A stretch of 62,859 nt of DNA, counting the filler, from Dicyema japonicum (Eukaryota > Animalia > Dicyemida), in assembly GCA_011109175.1 (NCBI GenBank). It is 6 parts of 6 records of this genome, joined end to end, with 100 filler letters (N's around TTAATTAATTAA, not from the genome) between each part and the next. Parts side by side here need not be neighbours in the genome. Positions count along the whole stretch, not along the records: positions 1 to 8,874 come from RDEW01000080.1; positions 8,975 to 20,489 come from RDEW01000140.1; 4 more parts are not named here. One strand, written 5' to 3'. Numbering within the stretch: the first letter of the stretch is position 1; each line of letters starts with the position of its first letter. The notes below the pieces were generated by a model. The model saw only the letters and a program-made list of their open reading frames with translations, made no database searches and was not told the DNA's origin. A program made the position numbers and the translations under genes. Positions 1 to 12,618 of the stretch are shown in pieces.

Positions 1-130
1 ATTCAGCTAGAATAGACTGCAGAAAGACTTATGAAATAACTAATCACGTGATTCAGACATGCTGCAACAGTGACCTCATCTTGGTCTAATGTTCCTTCCC
101 CAAAACCAGACAGCACTTATAGGACGTAAA
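1..130 (-). mobile_element. 3' UTR remnant of an I/Jockey-group LINE family
   Basis: The minus strand reads aagatgaggtcactgttgcagcatgtctgaatcacgtgattag, similar to the element end at 255-300 (aaataaggtctctgttagaatgcatcgggatcacgtgataattag). Confidence 0.3.
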
Positions 131-224
131 ATTGGATATCCATAGTTGCACAGGCACGTCCCTCGGTTCTCACCGATTAGTAATCAGTAGGCCAACTAAT
201 TGCAATAAATTTAAATTTTTATTT

Positions 225-830
225 ATTTAACCCAAGACCACGGTAAAACCAAACTAATTATCACGTGATCCCGATGCATTCTAACAGAGACCTTATTTTT
301 GCCCGGTATTCTTCCTTCGTGCCTACGCGTGAAAGTACAGGACAGCTGCCTGAATTTTCAAGGTCACCTTCCGTGATCTAGAGTCTAGTCTCATAAGGGC
401 CTCCAGAGGCGTAGGTCCGGTTCGGTGATCTTCACAACTTTAACGCTCCGTTACTCTGAAAGGCCTATTGCATTTCCTCGATCTTCCTCATATTTGTCCA
501 AGATATGGGCGGTCTCCACACGGAGCATGCATATGAGAAACATGGCTCGATGTACTGTTTGTACACGTTCATCAAGACTGGGTGAGTACCATTCTTCCAT
601 ATTCCCGATAAACTTTTCAATACGTTCGGTTTCTTCATGCATTTCAATAGAATGTTTTCTACATGTGGTGTCAAACAGAGATGCACATCATTTGTCACAC
701 TCAAGATCTTATGACATCTGTTGAGGGGGATGCCGACCTTGTTTAACTTCAAGGTGACTGTCTTCCTTCCTAATCTTTTGTCAGAGGTAAAGTATTAACT
801 CTGTTTTTTTTTGAATTGATCTTCAAAGAC
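225..830 (-). mobile_element. I/Jockey-group LINE, 3' fragment (RT C-terminus and 3' UTR)
   Basis: ORF 465..752 has LMNVYKQYIEPCFSYACSVW..IEEMQ, the post-thumb LINE motif (LYKxxIRPxLEYAxxVW). It ends in a ggggttaaataaataaa tail near 225 and is homologous to 4830-5130 and 61240-61680. Confidence 0.6.
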
Positions 831-859
831 CACCTCTCCAGAACCGTTTTGGCTTTATC

Positions 860-2460
860 TACTGCATTTCTTAGTACCTCCACATCCTCATACACAAAAT
901 CGATGTCATCAGCATATATTAATTCCACAAAATGATCATTTAGTGACCCAATTCTTTTCTAACGTCCCTCAACGCAGCTTCCACATAGATTGCAAAGAGA
1001 ACTGGCTAAGCGAGTCCCTTTGCGGAATACCAATCCCGGTCGTGAATTTTTCCTAATAGTCCTCCCCCACTTTCACTATGAGGCTCGTGTCAGCCAGCAA
1101 AAAACGCACAATCCTCAAACAGTCCTCATCAATTATGTTTTGAGAACTTGCAGTAGTTTATCTCGGCAGACACAGTCGAATGCTTTCGATAAGTCGACTC
1201 CCAGAATATACATTGTTTTTCTGTACTTCTGACATATTTCCGTAAGCCACCGATGACTCCATACTATATCAGCGGTCGATCTCCTGGTCTGAATCTGCTT
1301 TGACTTGGTGACAAGTATTGGTCAACTGAATTTGATATTCGATTCAATTTGTAATCGACAATGTTTTTTGCAAAGTGCTCAAAAGCACGATCGACCGGAG
1401 ATTTTTAATTGGATCTGCAGTTTGCCATGTTTTTGTAAAGGAAGTAGAACTCCCATCGCGATGTCAATTAAACAATGAGTCCTGAATATCTCGTTGAATA
1501 TAAAAGTTATCTTTTCTGCTAGCTGGGTTTGTGCGTATTTTAACAACTCCCACAAATATTGTCATAGCCAGCTGCTCTGTTATTATTCAGGCGAAGGAGT
1601 GCTCCGCGAATCTCGGAATCCGTAAACACATTATTGGTTGAACGAGGCTGTCCTCGAATTGTGTGAGGGGTAAAATATTTCTCAATTGAACTGCTTGATA
1701 AAGTGTTGGGCTATAAGTCTACCAGAACGTTTGCCGTCCTATACAAAGTGACCGAACTCATCTTGAATTTTTAAATTGGTTTTATCTGACCCGCGTTGAG
1801 TAAACGCACATCCATAAACATTTTTACACCTGAATGTAATCTTACCACTTCCAATACTCGTTGGTCCAAAAAGTCCGACCATGATCGGAGCACATTCTAC
1901 TTAATTTCGTGTTGGATTGTATTTCGCAATTTTTTAATTCGGATTTTCGTTCAGGATCACAAGCTTCAATTTGAAGTCTTATATCTCGTTGACGGATAGA
2001 CAATTCATTGACGTCGAGTTATATGCTCCTTTATATTTTCCTTTTATAGTATTTTCGCGAATCCCAACTGTTTCTTCGGTAGCCGTCATTATGGCATCAG
2101 AGATTCTTTTCCACACGATGTGGGGTAGACTATCCATAGAAATATTGGATAGATTCTGATCCATTCGCTACTGGTATCTCGTGAGGAGTGCAGGATTATT
2201 TAGTAATTCTTCTCCCGCTATCATCTGTGTTTTTCTGGGACGTGCATAATTCGCATATAACACTCCATAAAACTTGCTAAGATTCAACCGACAGACAACG
2301 ATCTTGTGATCGCTATTTGTCAATGCTCCTCCATACAATCGAGAGTCCATTAATAATCTCTTGTGCGACTGCTTGCACAAATATAATCTATTTGATTGAA
2401 TATTTTTTGTTCCTTCCATTTTTGTTGTTCTACAACCTACCCAGGTGGTCTTGTGTCGGG
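860..2460 (-). mobile_element. Degenerate RTE-like LINE (APE end and RT)
   Basis: Minus-strand translation gives SDHKIVVCRL (end of APE), WKRISDAIMTATEETVG, ILGVDLSKAFDCVCRDKLL and GIGIPQRDSLS (RT motifs), with many stops and frameshifts. Confidence 0.75.
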
Positions 2461-2689
2461 CGGCGAGGTTGTCCTATTTTCTTTTGAAATACTCGAAAGT
2501 TCAAGCAGCCTCCCCAGCTTTCAACGCTGACTCTGAAAGTCTCGACTGGGAAAAGGTTTGATGTACGCCCCATTCCAAATCAAGCAGCGCTTCACAACCC
2601 CGTTGATGGCGGCATTGATGAGACGGCTAGAGAGCGGATGAAATCTCTTTAACATTACTATGGTTATTATGGGGGCGATAAATTATTGA

Positions 2690-2744
2690 CAGGGGCGAAA
2701 TTTTTTTCATACGGGGGATACGAAAGAAAAGTTAAGAAACACTG
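2690..2744 (+). mobile_element. Right end of a hAT (Charlie/Buster-type) element
   Basis: It ends aagttaagaaacactg, the reverse complement of a CAGTGTTTCTTAAC TIR, followed by gtctagat, which fits the NTCTAGAN target consensus. No left end was found. Confidence 0.45.
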
Positions 2745-3049
2745 GTCTAGATTGATGAGTAGTCCCCATGTATCGTTCAAGACAAAATTGCGGCTGTACA
2801 ACGCGTTTGTCCTACCTGTGCGTCAGTAAAAGTCGGGAACAGTAACAAAGAGAACAGTCACAAAGTTGTGTTTATCATAATAATAAAAAATGAATCCCTT
2901 AGGTTGGCAGGCTCAGTGTTCTAGATGAATCCTTAGCTGGACTCACAAAGAATTATGAATATGGCAATTTAAGTGCTATAATGCTAGATTTTTTTATCAT
3001 TTTAAACGAAATTTTATTAATCAAAAATATGTAAAGGTAATTCTTTAAT

Positions 3050-3440
3050 AACGCCCGTCTAACTCAATCTTCTCTTCTTGAGGCCAACTCCTATTGCCTT
3101 TATAGGCGTGTTCACGTCGCCGCATACCCCACATTCAGAGACTACTCTAGTTTAACACTCCATGCCGTCTTCCTCATCAACAGGCATCAATACTTTATGC
3201 TTCTCCTCAGCTTGCATACTCTCCAAAGTCTTCCGTAACACTAGCGTCTGTATATAAGCTTTGACCCTTCTCCACCTTGGGGGCATCCAGGTAGCCTTTG
3301 AAGAATATGGAGACAATTCCATCCAATGTGATGACCACAGGGATTATTTTCACTTTTGCACGATGGATAATCTCAAGTTCGTTCGCCAGTAGGTCATACT
3401 AGTGAAACTTTCTACCTCGTCCTGCTTGAGGCAGTTTTGT
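3050..3440 (-). mobile_element. R4-like REL retrotransposon, 3' fragment
   Basis: The minus strand encodes YDLLANELEIIHRAKVKIIPVVITLDGIVS..AYIQTLVLRKTLES, matching the C-terminus of the 10600-12006 element. Confidence 0.7.
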
Positions 3441-3559
3441 GAAGTGATCCCAATTTCAATATCATTTTATATTATTATGAAAATAAGATAAAAGTGATTT
3501 TTATCATTTTTATTAATGAAATGCCTGCACATTCTGTCACCATGACGGAAGTCCTGAAA

Positions 3560-4080
3560 CCAAAACACCCTGATCCCAATCCTCTGTTTTTTGAGTAGCC
3601 CGGACAAACTCGAAGAGAGAGTAAATCGTACCTATTTGAAGGCGACGTCCGAGCGACGTTGTGCGTCGTTGCCAGTAACGATGCTGTTCTGGCTGAAAAG
3701 TCTGAAGTGATCGAACAGCTCAGACGAAAACATCCATGTCCCCTGGCAGATTACCGCCAATTCGTGCTCCCAGGAAATGTGCCAAGTACGACCGTCACCG
3801 AAGGCAAGGTGCGGTGCGGCATTTCATCGTTTGTGGCGAGTAGCAGTGGAGGTCTCAATGGCTTGCGGTCAGGTCACATCAAGGATTTCACGGCGAGGGC
3901 TACTGCAGAAGCTGGTTGCAATCTTTTCAAATCAATTACAGAACTGGTTATGCGTATTTTGAACGGAAATATTCCTCCTCACGCATGGGAGCTTCTTTTC
4001 AGCGCACATCTACTGGCCTTCAAAAAAATTCGAAGGCTCCATCGCGATCGGCAACTTTTTCAGAAGGCTGACAGCTAAAA
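3560..4080 (+). mobile_element. CRE-clade retrotransposon, internal fragment
   Basis: High nucleotide similarity to 52080-52600. ORF 3659..4078 has SSGGLNGLRSGHIKD..LFSAHLLAFKK (pre-RT region). Confidence 0.85.
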
Positions 4081-4329
4081 TGTCCAAAACGAGATCGAAC
4101 TGCAGCTTGTTTGAGTGGAGTTCAGAAATTTCTTTGATTGAACTCGACCCAGTATCAAAGTCACCTCCAGAAGTTAGTGCAGCTGAACATCATTTGACCT
4201 TCCAATGAGTGTATTGACCTACACAATTTTCAGTATCGCAATCCAAGAATCCAGGCTTACATCAAATTCAGAATCCACATTTCATGAACTACTAATTTAT
4301 CTGTCCCTACCGTGCTTCTACCACAGATG

Positions 4330-7000
4330 GGGGTAGTTTACTTATTGTTAATGCACCTTCGCTTCCATGATCTTGGAAAGTCATGTGCAACTTGAGAAAC
4401 TAACATCGTCTTCCTGCGAGCAAGGTCCATCTAAGCTCTCTCTCTAAGACGTCTCCCTATTTTTTTGAGATCGTCGTTTAGTATACTTCCGTTCAGATGA
4501 GAGGTGGATTGCCCTCTTCTGTTTTCATCATACGTCTTACAGTCGCGGACATCACTACATTCTTAGGCGGAAGGTAATCTTCATCAGTGGATTTGGTCAG
4601 GAGATGGTATGAAGATCCCCTTCAACAACCGTGTCGTGCCAGAAGGGATTTTTCTGACGAGAATTAACCTTCGCTAAAAAGTTTATATTTCTGGTTTGAA
4701 CCAACGACAATCAGATTTGATTTCATCAGAAGTTACTCTATTTTTAGTTTAACATCCAAGAACAAGGACCTCATCTTTGCCGGTATCTCACCTCGTCGTG
4801 CATGACAGGACTGCTCACTGAATTTAGGGGGCCGCATTCTGGAATCTAGTCTCATAAGGATTTCCATAGGCGTCGATCCGGTTCGGTGTTCCCCATAAAT
4901 CCAACGCTATTTTACTCTGAAAGTCCTCTTTTTCATTTCCTCGATCTTCCTCATATTTTTCCAAGATATGGACTTTTTCCACGTGGCGCATAAATATGAG
5001 AAACATGGCTCAATATACTGTCCATACGCGTTCATCAGGACCGGGTGAGCACCAATCTTCCATACTCCCCATAACATTTTAATACGTTCATTAATAATCC
5101 AAAAATCACCAGGTAAAACACTCATTAAAAGGAAAAGGCTATCAGGTGATCCAAGAAGCCCAATTAATAATCATCTATAGAATTCCTTAGTCAGGCGCCA
5201 CATTTCCCTCCAAATCCTGCGATAGAACAACTTCCCAGGCAGAACACGCATATACCCCAATGGAAGGAGTACTGTTATGATCAATATGGAAGCAAATGAT
5301 ATCTTCTCATATGCTAATATTAATGATGGTGGTAATCCCCACTGTCCTCATTTCCCCCATTGCCTATTTTTTGCACAATTTGGGTACATGTTACCACAGT
5401 GACAATGTCCTTTACTGTTCTGTAACATTTTGCCAAACCAGTACCCCATGTTTCCCGCAGTTCGCTGGGGGTCGAGTATTCACATATTCCCGACTTTTAC
5501 AGTTCTAAGTATTAACATTCGACAAACTCGGTACGTGCATGTGTGGATGTTTTAGTACCTTACGTCTACTGGACACAGATTGCTTTTATTGGTAATGCTC
5601 AGTCAAGTCACACACAACAACGGCGTGTTGACAAATGACTCCACTTCCCTTTAGCTAGTGGAGTCTTTTGAGAGAGACAACCTTGCAGGTGGTCATACCA
5701 CAACACTTCCCCTCCCATATTCACTCCGGTAATAGAAGTTGCACATTCGTTGGTTACAACAGATAGATTTACATTCCGAAAGAATCTCCCAGTCGCAATC
5801 CTCCCCACCCTCGACATTGTATCCCCCACAGATTGCCATTTCGAAGTGAGGTCGATTTCCTGTGCATTTCCGTCTCTTTTTCCGCAGGACCTTTATCGAG
5901 CAGTTCGAGAGTTTAAAGTTGCTGAATAATACAGAGCTCACGTGCCATAATTGTTAATCTCCATCAGACAGCTATGATTGCATCCACATTCTATGCCCAC
6001 GTGTTCAAGACCAAGGTTGTGACCCAAATCATGCCCTATGACCACGTGAGGAAGTTTATGTTTTTAGAGTCTTAAAAGCAATTTTAGCGCATATTTACTG
6101 AGAGGACTCCTTGGCTCACAGAAACACAATTGGGATTGCAAAGATCATTCAAATAGCCGACTCCATTACTAATCGAATTACCACTAAACTCGATTAGCAC
6201 GGAAGAGTCACGTGCCACATCAGTCCTAGTTAACATGTATTCCTTAAAGCGCCCAAATCTGTCGGCTGTGTTGCCCTTCAAATCGATCCTGTCTTTCTCC
6301 AGCTATACTTCAAGGGTTATTAACGACCACGTGGATGTTTACTACCCGATAGGTCTACGAATTAGACTCCAACTCTACAGATGCCACTCCCTTGTAAACG
6401 TTCGCCACCTGGGTCTGTATTTTAGAAACATTCTTGTTTAATTCTCTCACCTGAATAAATTAACGAATAACCGAGCTTTTGCCGATCACTACGAACATCT
6501 CCACTATCATCCTTGGAGGTTCATACAAATCGATTTTCCTGGACTTTGCCCTTGAATTCTTGATTTGAGAGAATGCTTTACGTTGATTGGATCTGTGCTG
6601 GTCGTATTGAACAGTATAAGTTTTAGGTAGACTGTATTGCCTTCAGAGTGGACCAGAAAGTTTCTTTTTCGAGGGAGAATCGACCTCTCGTGAAATAGCA
6701 AGCACAATAATCGATTCCATCACAAAAATAGAAAGCTGCTGGAAGATGATGTCGACCAGCCACGTGGTCAAAGTAGTGACACCATTTTTCGACCTAAACT
6801 ATTTAAAGTAATACCTCATAGACATCCTTGTGGAAAATTTGAGGTCGGTTACCAGTATGGATCTCCTCACGGAAGTCTTCGTGTATAAGATTATCGTTAT
6901 GGAAGACCTCAAATTCAACCTCCTCTTCATTGGTGAGCCTTAAGAAAATTCCGCCCATAAAATTTGCCAATTTCTTAAAGCCTGATTCACTAGTCACAGG
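4330..7000 (-). mobile_element. Degenerate, internally deleted I/Jockey-group LINE
   Basis: 4907..5125 has LMNAYGQYIEPCFSYLCATW (same family as 465..752). An APE-start-like NINFLTW..NVDAIIAV lies near 6060 and an ORF1-like GGIFLRLTNEEEVE at 6803..6997. Boundaries are approximate. Confidence 0.5.
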
Positions 7001-7219
7001 GACCTCATTTATATAGGGGAAGACGACCTCTCCAGGCTGGAATGCGCCAACTAAAACTACCTCTCAGCAATGAACTCTACTTGCCATTATGAAAATATTT
7101 CCGTTAACAAAATTCGCAATTTTGTGATATAAGCACAAATTACTCATTTTATAAAAAATACGTAAAAACCTCGAAATTTGTTATTGGCGTACATAATAGT
7201 ATTATCGGAGACCATCTTC

Positions 7220-8870
7220 CGATTTACTTTGAGCTCTTTTCATGGGTATTTTATTGTTTACTGCTTAGGTTCTTTGGACTTATTAAGTAACTAGAATTTC
7301 CACGGGGGACATGTTCTCACAGATTCTTGGACGCCCAAGGATCACTCTCCCGAGGGTGCTGGATGAAAACCTCCAAAAGATTGGGAGGCGACTCACGGAG
7401 AGGACTTAGATTGACTACGGGAGCTTGATTGTGATAGGATTAAATGGAGGAGGATCACGTTGTTGAATATTCTCGGGTTACATGGGCTTTGTCATTACCA
7501 TGGCATAATGAAAATATGTACTTGTGACTCTGGTCTTCACGTGGGTCACCTCTCGTGGAGAAAACGCTTACATGCGTAGCCAATCGACCCAACCTTTCCA
7601 AGTTCTGATTACAGAGGGAGGAGACTTAGAAATGGGCAAATAAATACAATATTCAAAGTAACAGGCGATGGTGTCCAAATTTCAGGCATGCAAGTTGTCT
7701 TCATGTCCTTTATTTGTGTATAGCTTATCGTCCCCATTCTTAATGGACTCAGTGGACTCTCGTAAATGGGGATTCCTCTCAGTCTTATTAAGTGACAGGA
7801 GGACTATTGAGAGTACAACAAATGGACGTGTACAATAAAATGTCTCGTAGTAGTGATTAGCCAACCATGTGGTGCTTGCTAATATGGTAAATGATTATTG
7901 ATTTTTAATGTCGTGGTTTAATTGAGTTAATTACAGGTAAGGATGGATTTTGAGAGAGCCATCAAGTCTAGACTCAATTACTGATGCAATTCATTCGACC
8001 ATCCTTAAGAAGACTCCAACGATTAGGACTCCCTCATGCACAAACGATTGGTGCTTTATAAAGTCTAAATGTCCTCACTTTAAGGAGATATTGCGAGTTA
8101 TTGGTTAGGAAGTTACCCCGTAAGGTCCCAGTCAATAGTTTACACTTGAAGTAATGAAAATAAGCACATGTGGCTGGATTATTACTATCATATAGAAATT
8201 TCCAGACGTTCTTAGAAAACTGACCTGTCGAATCATCACGTGTGTGAAGATCATTGGGGACCGAAGCCAAATCGAATGTAAAGTTACTATTTGCGTTTAA
8301 TTAGGACTGTTCAGCCACCCAAGTGAACGGAACAACTGAGAGGGATAGGAACTACTCATGTGATGTATCCTTTCAAGTTTCCGCCTGTTATGTGGACCTC
8401 CCTTTTTATTTGGGACCAAGCATTGGGTGTCCCCAAGTTGGGTGATCCAATGACGTCTTTAAGAATTGAAAAAAGGCAAAGAACATAGAGGAAATCCTTG
8501 CTCGCAGTAGATTATATAAATTCTCAATCAGTATTTCCCCCAGATTATTAGTGGTTGGTCCCGTGGAGACGTCCGAATCACTGTCTCTTTATAATACCTC
8601 CAGAAATGACTCAAACTCAGCAGTCACGGAAAAGTCAGGAAAGTTTGAGTGGATACTTATGGTCTCACAAGGAAGACTTTTATGAATATTTGAGAACTCC
8701 CAGTTTGATTTGGTCGGTTGTAGAACTGTCACGAGTTTATTGAAATTTCCAAAAAATTTTATTTGACGTTGGGGATAGCTGAATAGTCTTTATAGACGAG
8801 GTAGGTTACAATGTCTCCCAGCGTGTCCGGGAGATCTGGAAGAGGTATTCGTGCGTGTATTAGTGTTCCA
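7220..8870 (-). mobile_element. Highly decayed LINE RT remnant
   Basis: ORF 7682..7864 has YYETFYCTRPFVVLSIVLLSL, resembling the LINE post-thumb motif. The rest is higher-GC sequence with no long ORF. Confidence 0.3.
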
Positions 8871-8874
8871 CAGG

Positions 8875-8974
8875 NNNNNNNNNNNNNNNNNNNNNNNNNN
8901 NNNNNNNNNNNNNNNNNNTTAATTAATTAANNNNNNNNNNNNNNNNNNNNNNNNNNNNNNNNNNNNNNNNNNNN
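8875..8974. other. Artificial contig-join linker
   Basis: 44 N + TTAATTAATTAA (stops in all six frames) + 44 N. Confidence 0.97.
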
Positions 8975-10095
8975 CCAATGTAAAATTTTTAGATTTACAA
9001 TTTGACTCGAACAAATTTCAACCTTTATGAGGTCTACCTGGTTATTTGTAAACTTCTAGATTTAATATATAATACATTCGGTCATTTAACTTTAACAAGG
9101 GCCTGAATAGACACATCTTCGTCGTTTATATCACTGGTTCCCATATAAACACAACCTGAAGTCGATCTATTTATAGTAAAATACTGTTACACCGTATTAT
9201 AAACATATAATTAATGTCTTGGCGCATCGAAATAATTAATTTATTATTTTCACTATCAATTCCTAGCAAATTCACGTGATACTAACATATTTAATATACA
9301 CTCAAAATACTGATTTGAAAAAATGTTTTTTCGTAATAAGAAGACAACAAACATTCGGCCAAATTCCATTCGATTTTAATAGAGTCAATCCCATGAATAA
9401 TCTTTGAAATGCTAAAATCCCACTGCGCGGATTCTTAAATTGTGTAATAGACACTATTAGAAACTCACTTTAAAAGTATTCAAATTTTTATTTCCAATTT
9501 TAAATAAAGATTCAGTCGAAGTATTAAAAAATCCAATTTGACCAGTTTTTGAATGACTGTCCTACAGCATAGAAATAAAAATCACTTTTTTATCGATTCC
9601 AACTTTTGGAAATGAATTTTTAAATGACGTGAATTTTTTATTTTAAGAAATGCATTTTTAGATTCTTTGATAAAATTCATTTCTTAAAATAAAATAATGT
9701 ATAGATTTACTTTTCCTGAAATATTCAATTTGTTCAGTCGGTTCAGTATTATTTGTAATCTCATTCATTGGATTTTTAAAAAATTGCTTTTCTATTTTCC
9801 AAAAACACCTACATTATATTAAATTCATAGTTCAACTTAATCTTATTAAACCTAAAAGTAATTAAAAGCTTCAATCATATATTTTTACTTATTAGATTCG
9901 ACTTTTTTCATAATCAAATATTTAAAGTTTGACTAATCAAAAAAATTCCAATACTAATCACCGCAAAGATTTTCTATTTATAAATTGAATAATCAGATTA
10001 ATAACATAACGTAATAAACTTTAATCAGATTATGTGACAGGTAAGAGGCGGAACCAAAGAAAATTTTGTTGTTATTTATTATTATTAACAGCACT

Positions 10096-10300
10096 TTAAC
10101 AGAACCAAAGAACGTTATGTTGACTAAGGTCCCGTTTGTGCCAATGAAAGTACTCCTCTTTCTCGAGCAGTATGGAATTTGTTCTATTTCCGTTCGAGAC
10201 GAGTGGTGTCATCGCTGAGAAGGCATAGCCACTTTTAAAGGAGATCGGAAGCATGATTTTAAAACATACACGGGAGAGGAGGGAGAACATATTGCTTTTC
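10096..10300 (-). mobile_element. Possible hAT transposase C-terminal (dimerisation domain) remnant
   Basis: LLSRVCFKIMLPISFKSGYAFSAMT resembles the hAT C-terminal YPxLSxxAxKILxPFSTSYLCESxFSxM motif. Confidence 0.35.
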
Positions 10301-10474
10301 CAGAGGATCCGTGGCGATCAGGAGAGAAAACTATTTGGCTGTCCACGGCACGACCTATTCTCACTACTGGAAAGAAATCACTATTCAAGGTCATTGGTTA
10401 GTAAGTGCAGGTCATTATTAGAATAATCAAGTTCATAGTGTCAAATTTTTTAATAAAACATAGCTTATTATTTA

Positions 10475-10580
10475 TTTATTAACCCCCAGGTTGCACATCA
10501 TGGTGGCAAACCCAGCACAAACAACAATCACAACTAACTAATCGAATGAAAAGACTGTAGGAAGGAATTGTTTGTTTGTG
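10475..10580 (-). mobile_element. 3' tail of an I-group LINE
   Basis: The minus strand ends gggggttaataaataaata. Its acaactaactaatc segment recurs at 46313-46380. Confidence 0.4.
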
Positions 10581-10599
10581 CCGAACAATTTTTTGGTTT

Positions 10600-12006
10600 A
10601 TACTTAATTACACAATTAGTTTTAACTTATGCACGGAACTTATTTTATGCTTGAACGAGTACGCGATTTCACTGCTATCGAATTCGAGCCGAGTGAGCAC
10701 GATGAAATGGACCTTATTGTCCGAAGAGTACTCCGAGAGAATCACGTCCACGTGTTGGCAAGCAATAAGGAGAGATTATACTTGTCTCGCGGACAGCTAG
10801 GACGTGGACTGAGTAACATCGTACACTTAAGTGAGCGAATTCTGACTAAGATGCACGACACCTTGTGGAGTGGGTCAAATGTATCCCAAAGGAAGGCTGC
10901 CATCCTTGCTGTTGAAAAAGCGCGTGGTACACACCTAGGGACCATACAATGCTATGTGTCGGCTAAGTATGGTTTAGGTGCTACCCAAGTTAATGTGAAG
11001 GAGTTGATCAAAGTTCAAAGGGAATCACTAATTAAAAAGATCAACTTAAAAGTCCTTCACAAGACTCTCTTTAGCAGCCTGGACAACCCGCACATTGACG
11101 TATCGTCGTCATCAACGTGGCTGAAGTATGGGAATAACTCTCCCCGATCAGAAGGGTTATTCTCATACTTGCAGGATAGAATTTTTTCAATGGTCAACGG
11201 AGACAGTGTAACCACTGTAAAAGAAGGCAATGACCGTTGACCATTAGCCACGAAGTGCGGGAGTATGCTTTACCATGATTACACATGGAGGCATAACGAG
11301 GTGGTGAGGTCCCTCCATCTTCTGCTCTGCAATAAGTATGGCTTGAGGCGGTCCAGAAAGTTGCGAACCCATCGAGTTCAATCGGTGTGTGAGAACTCGA
11401 AGGTGTGCATTAAGGTGGATACCCCAATACGCACCTCGATTGTTGTCCAGCACAACAGACCCGATATTGTGGTCCACGATAAGATCACCGGGGAGATTGT
11501 TATCGTGGAGGTGGGCATCACGTGCCTAGATCGTTTGCAGACAGTGGAAGTGGAGAAGAGGAGGAAGTACGACCTTCTTGCAAACGAGTTAGGACTGATG
11601 CACCAGTGTAAAGTCCATGTCATTCCGTGTGTGATGACATGGGATGGACTGGTCACCAAATACCACAAGGGGTACTTAAAACAGTTGGGTGTAGATAAGT
11701 CTCTACAGGCTTATATGCAGTCAACTGTTCTTAAGAGGACTCTGGAGAGTATCTCGTTTGATGCTCGCCGATCCAGTCCTTTCCTGACATTTAGTCAGCG
11801 AGAGGCGCTGGACTGCACCTTCTCGGAGGTCTACAGAGCCAGAGAAGAGGAGGAAGAAGGAGGAGGTGCGTGGAGTGCCATCCTCTGTTCACTTCGAAGG
11901 CTCAGGACTTAGTTAGGCCATTAATTAGTTAATTATTTTCTTTTTTAACTTAATTGATTTCTCTTTCTTTAATTAATATATCGTTGTGATCATTAAAAAA
12001 AAAAAA
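10600..12006 (+). mobile_element. R4/Dong-like non-LTR retrotransposon, 5'-truncated (RT C-terminus, CCHC, restriction-like endonuclease)
   Basis: ORFs 10629..11240 and 11265..11912. Motifs: frameshifted C-x2-C..H..C, RHNEVV, NRPDIVV, EVGITC, EKRRKYDLLANEL. Poly-A at 11995-12006. Confidence 0.9.
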
Positions 12007-12034
12007 TGTTTTAACTTTAATATATTTTTTCAAA

Positions 12035-12064
12035 ATTCCTCGGGACCACGGTTGAGAACCGCTG
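12035..12064 (+). mobile_element. Right end of a hAT non-autonomous element
   Basis: gggaccacggttgagaaccgctg is a typical hAT/Charlie 3' terminus, followed by ctccagaa. Confidence 0.4.
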
Positions 12065-12618
12065 CTCCAGAATCTCAATTCTAGATTCTACTTCGCACAG
12101 TAGATTTACATCTGCATTTATAAATGCGCAAACAATTTATTTTTAAATTTAATGTCGCATTTATCGCTTATATTTGATAGAAAGATTATTTGCAGGTTGA
12201 TTAATGGTACTTAGCTTTTCCAAATTATTTTTTAGAACTTGTTCTTGTTAAAAGAATATTTTAAAATGAATTTAAAATACAGGTTTATCATTCCAGACCA
12301 TTCTCATAATAATTTGGGTCTCTTCTGTTCATTTAAATGAATAATATACCCTAATAATATAAATAATTGTAAATAATGCTGGAGGAATTCCATAATTAGT
12401 TCTAACCATAATCAAACCGCACAATTCATCAAAAGAAATGTGGTTAATTTGAATTAAAAGAAGTAATTAAATAATCACGTTGATGAGAAAGAAAACACAT
12501 AATCCAGATGATATAAAGTTTCCCGAAGTATTCGACATTCTCAGAGAAACCAACGTATAAGGCATATTTACTGTTACAAAAGAGAAGAAAATCAAAATAT
12601 TTAGTAAAAAAGTCACAT

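Noticed and set aside
8919-8930. TTAATTAATTAA recurring five times between N runs, resembling a conserved signal
   Set aside because: Always centred in exactly 44+44 N. It is a six-frame-stop linker added during assembly.
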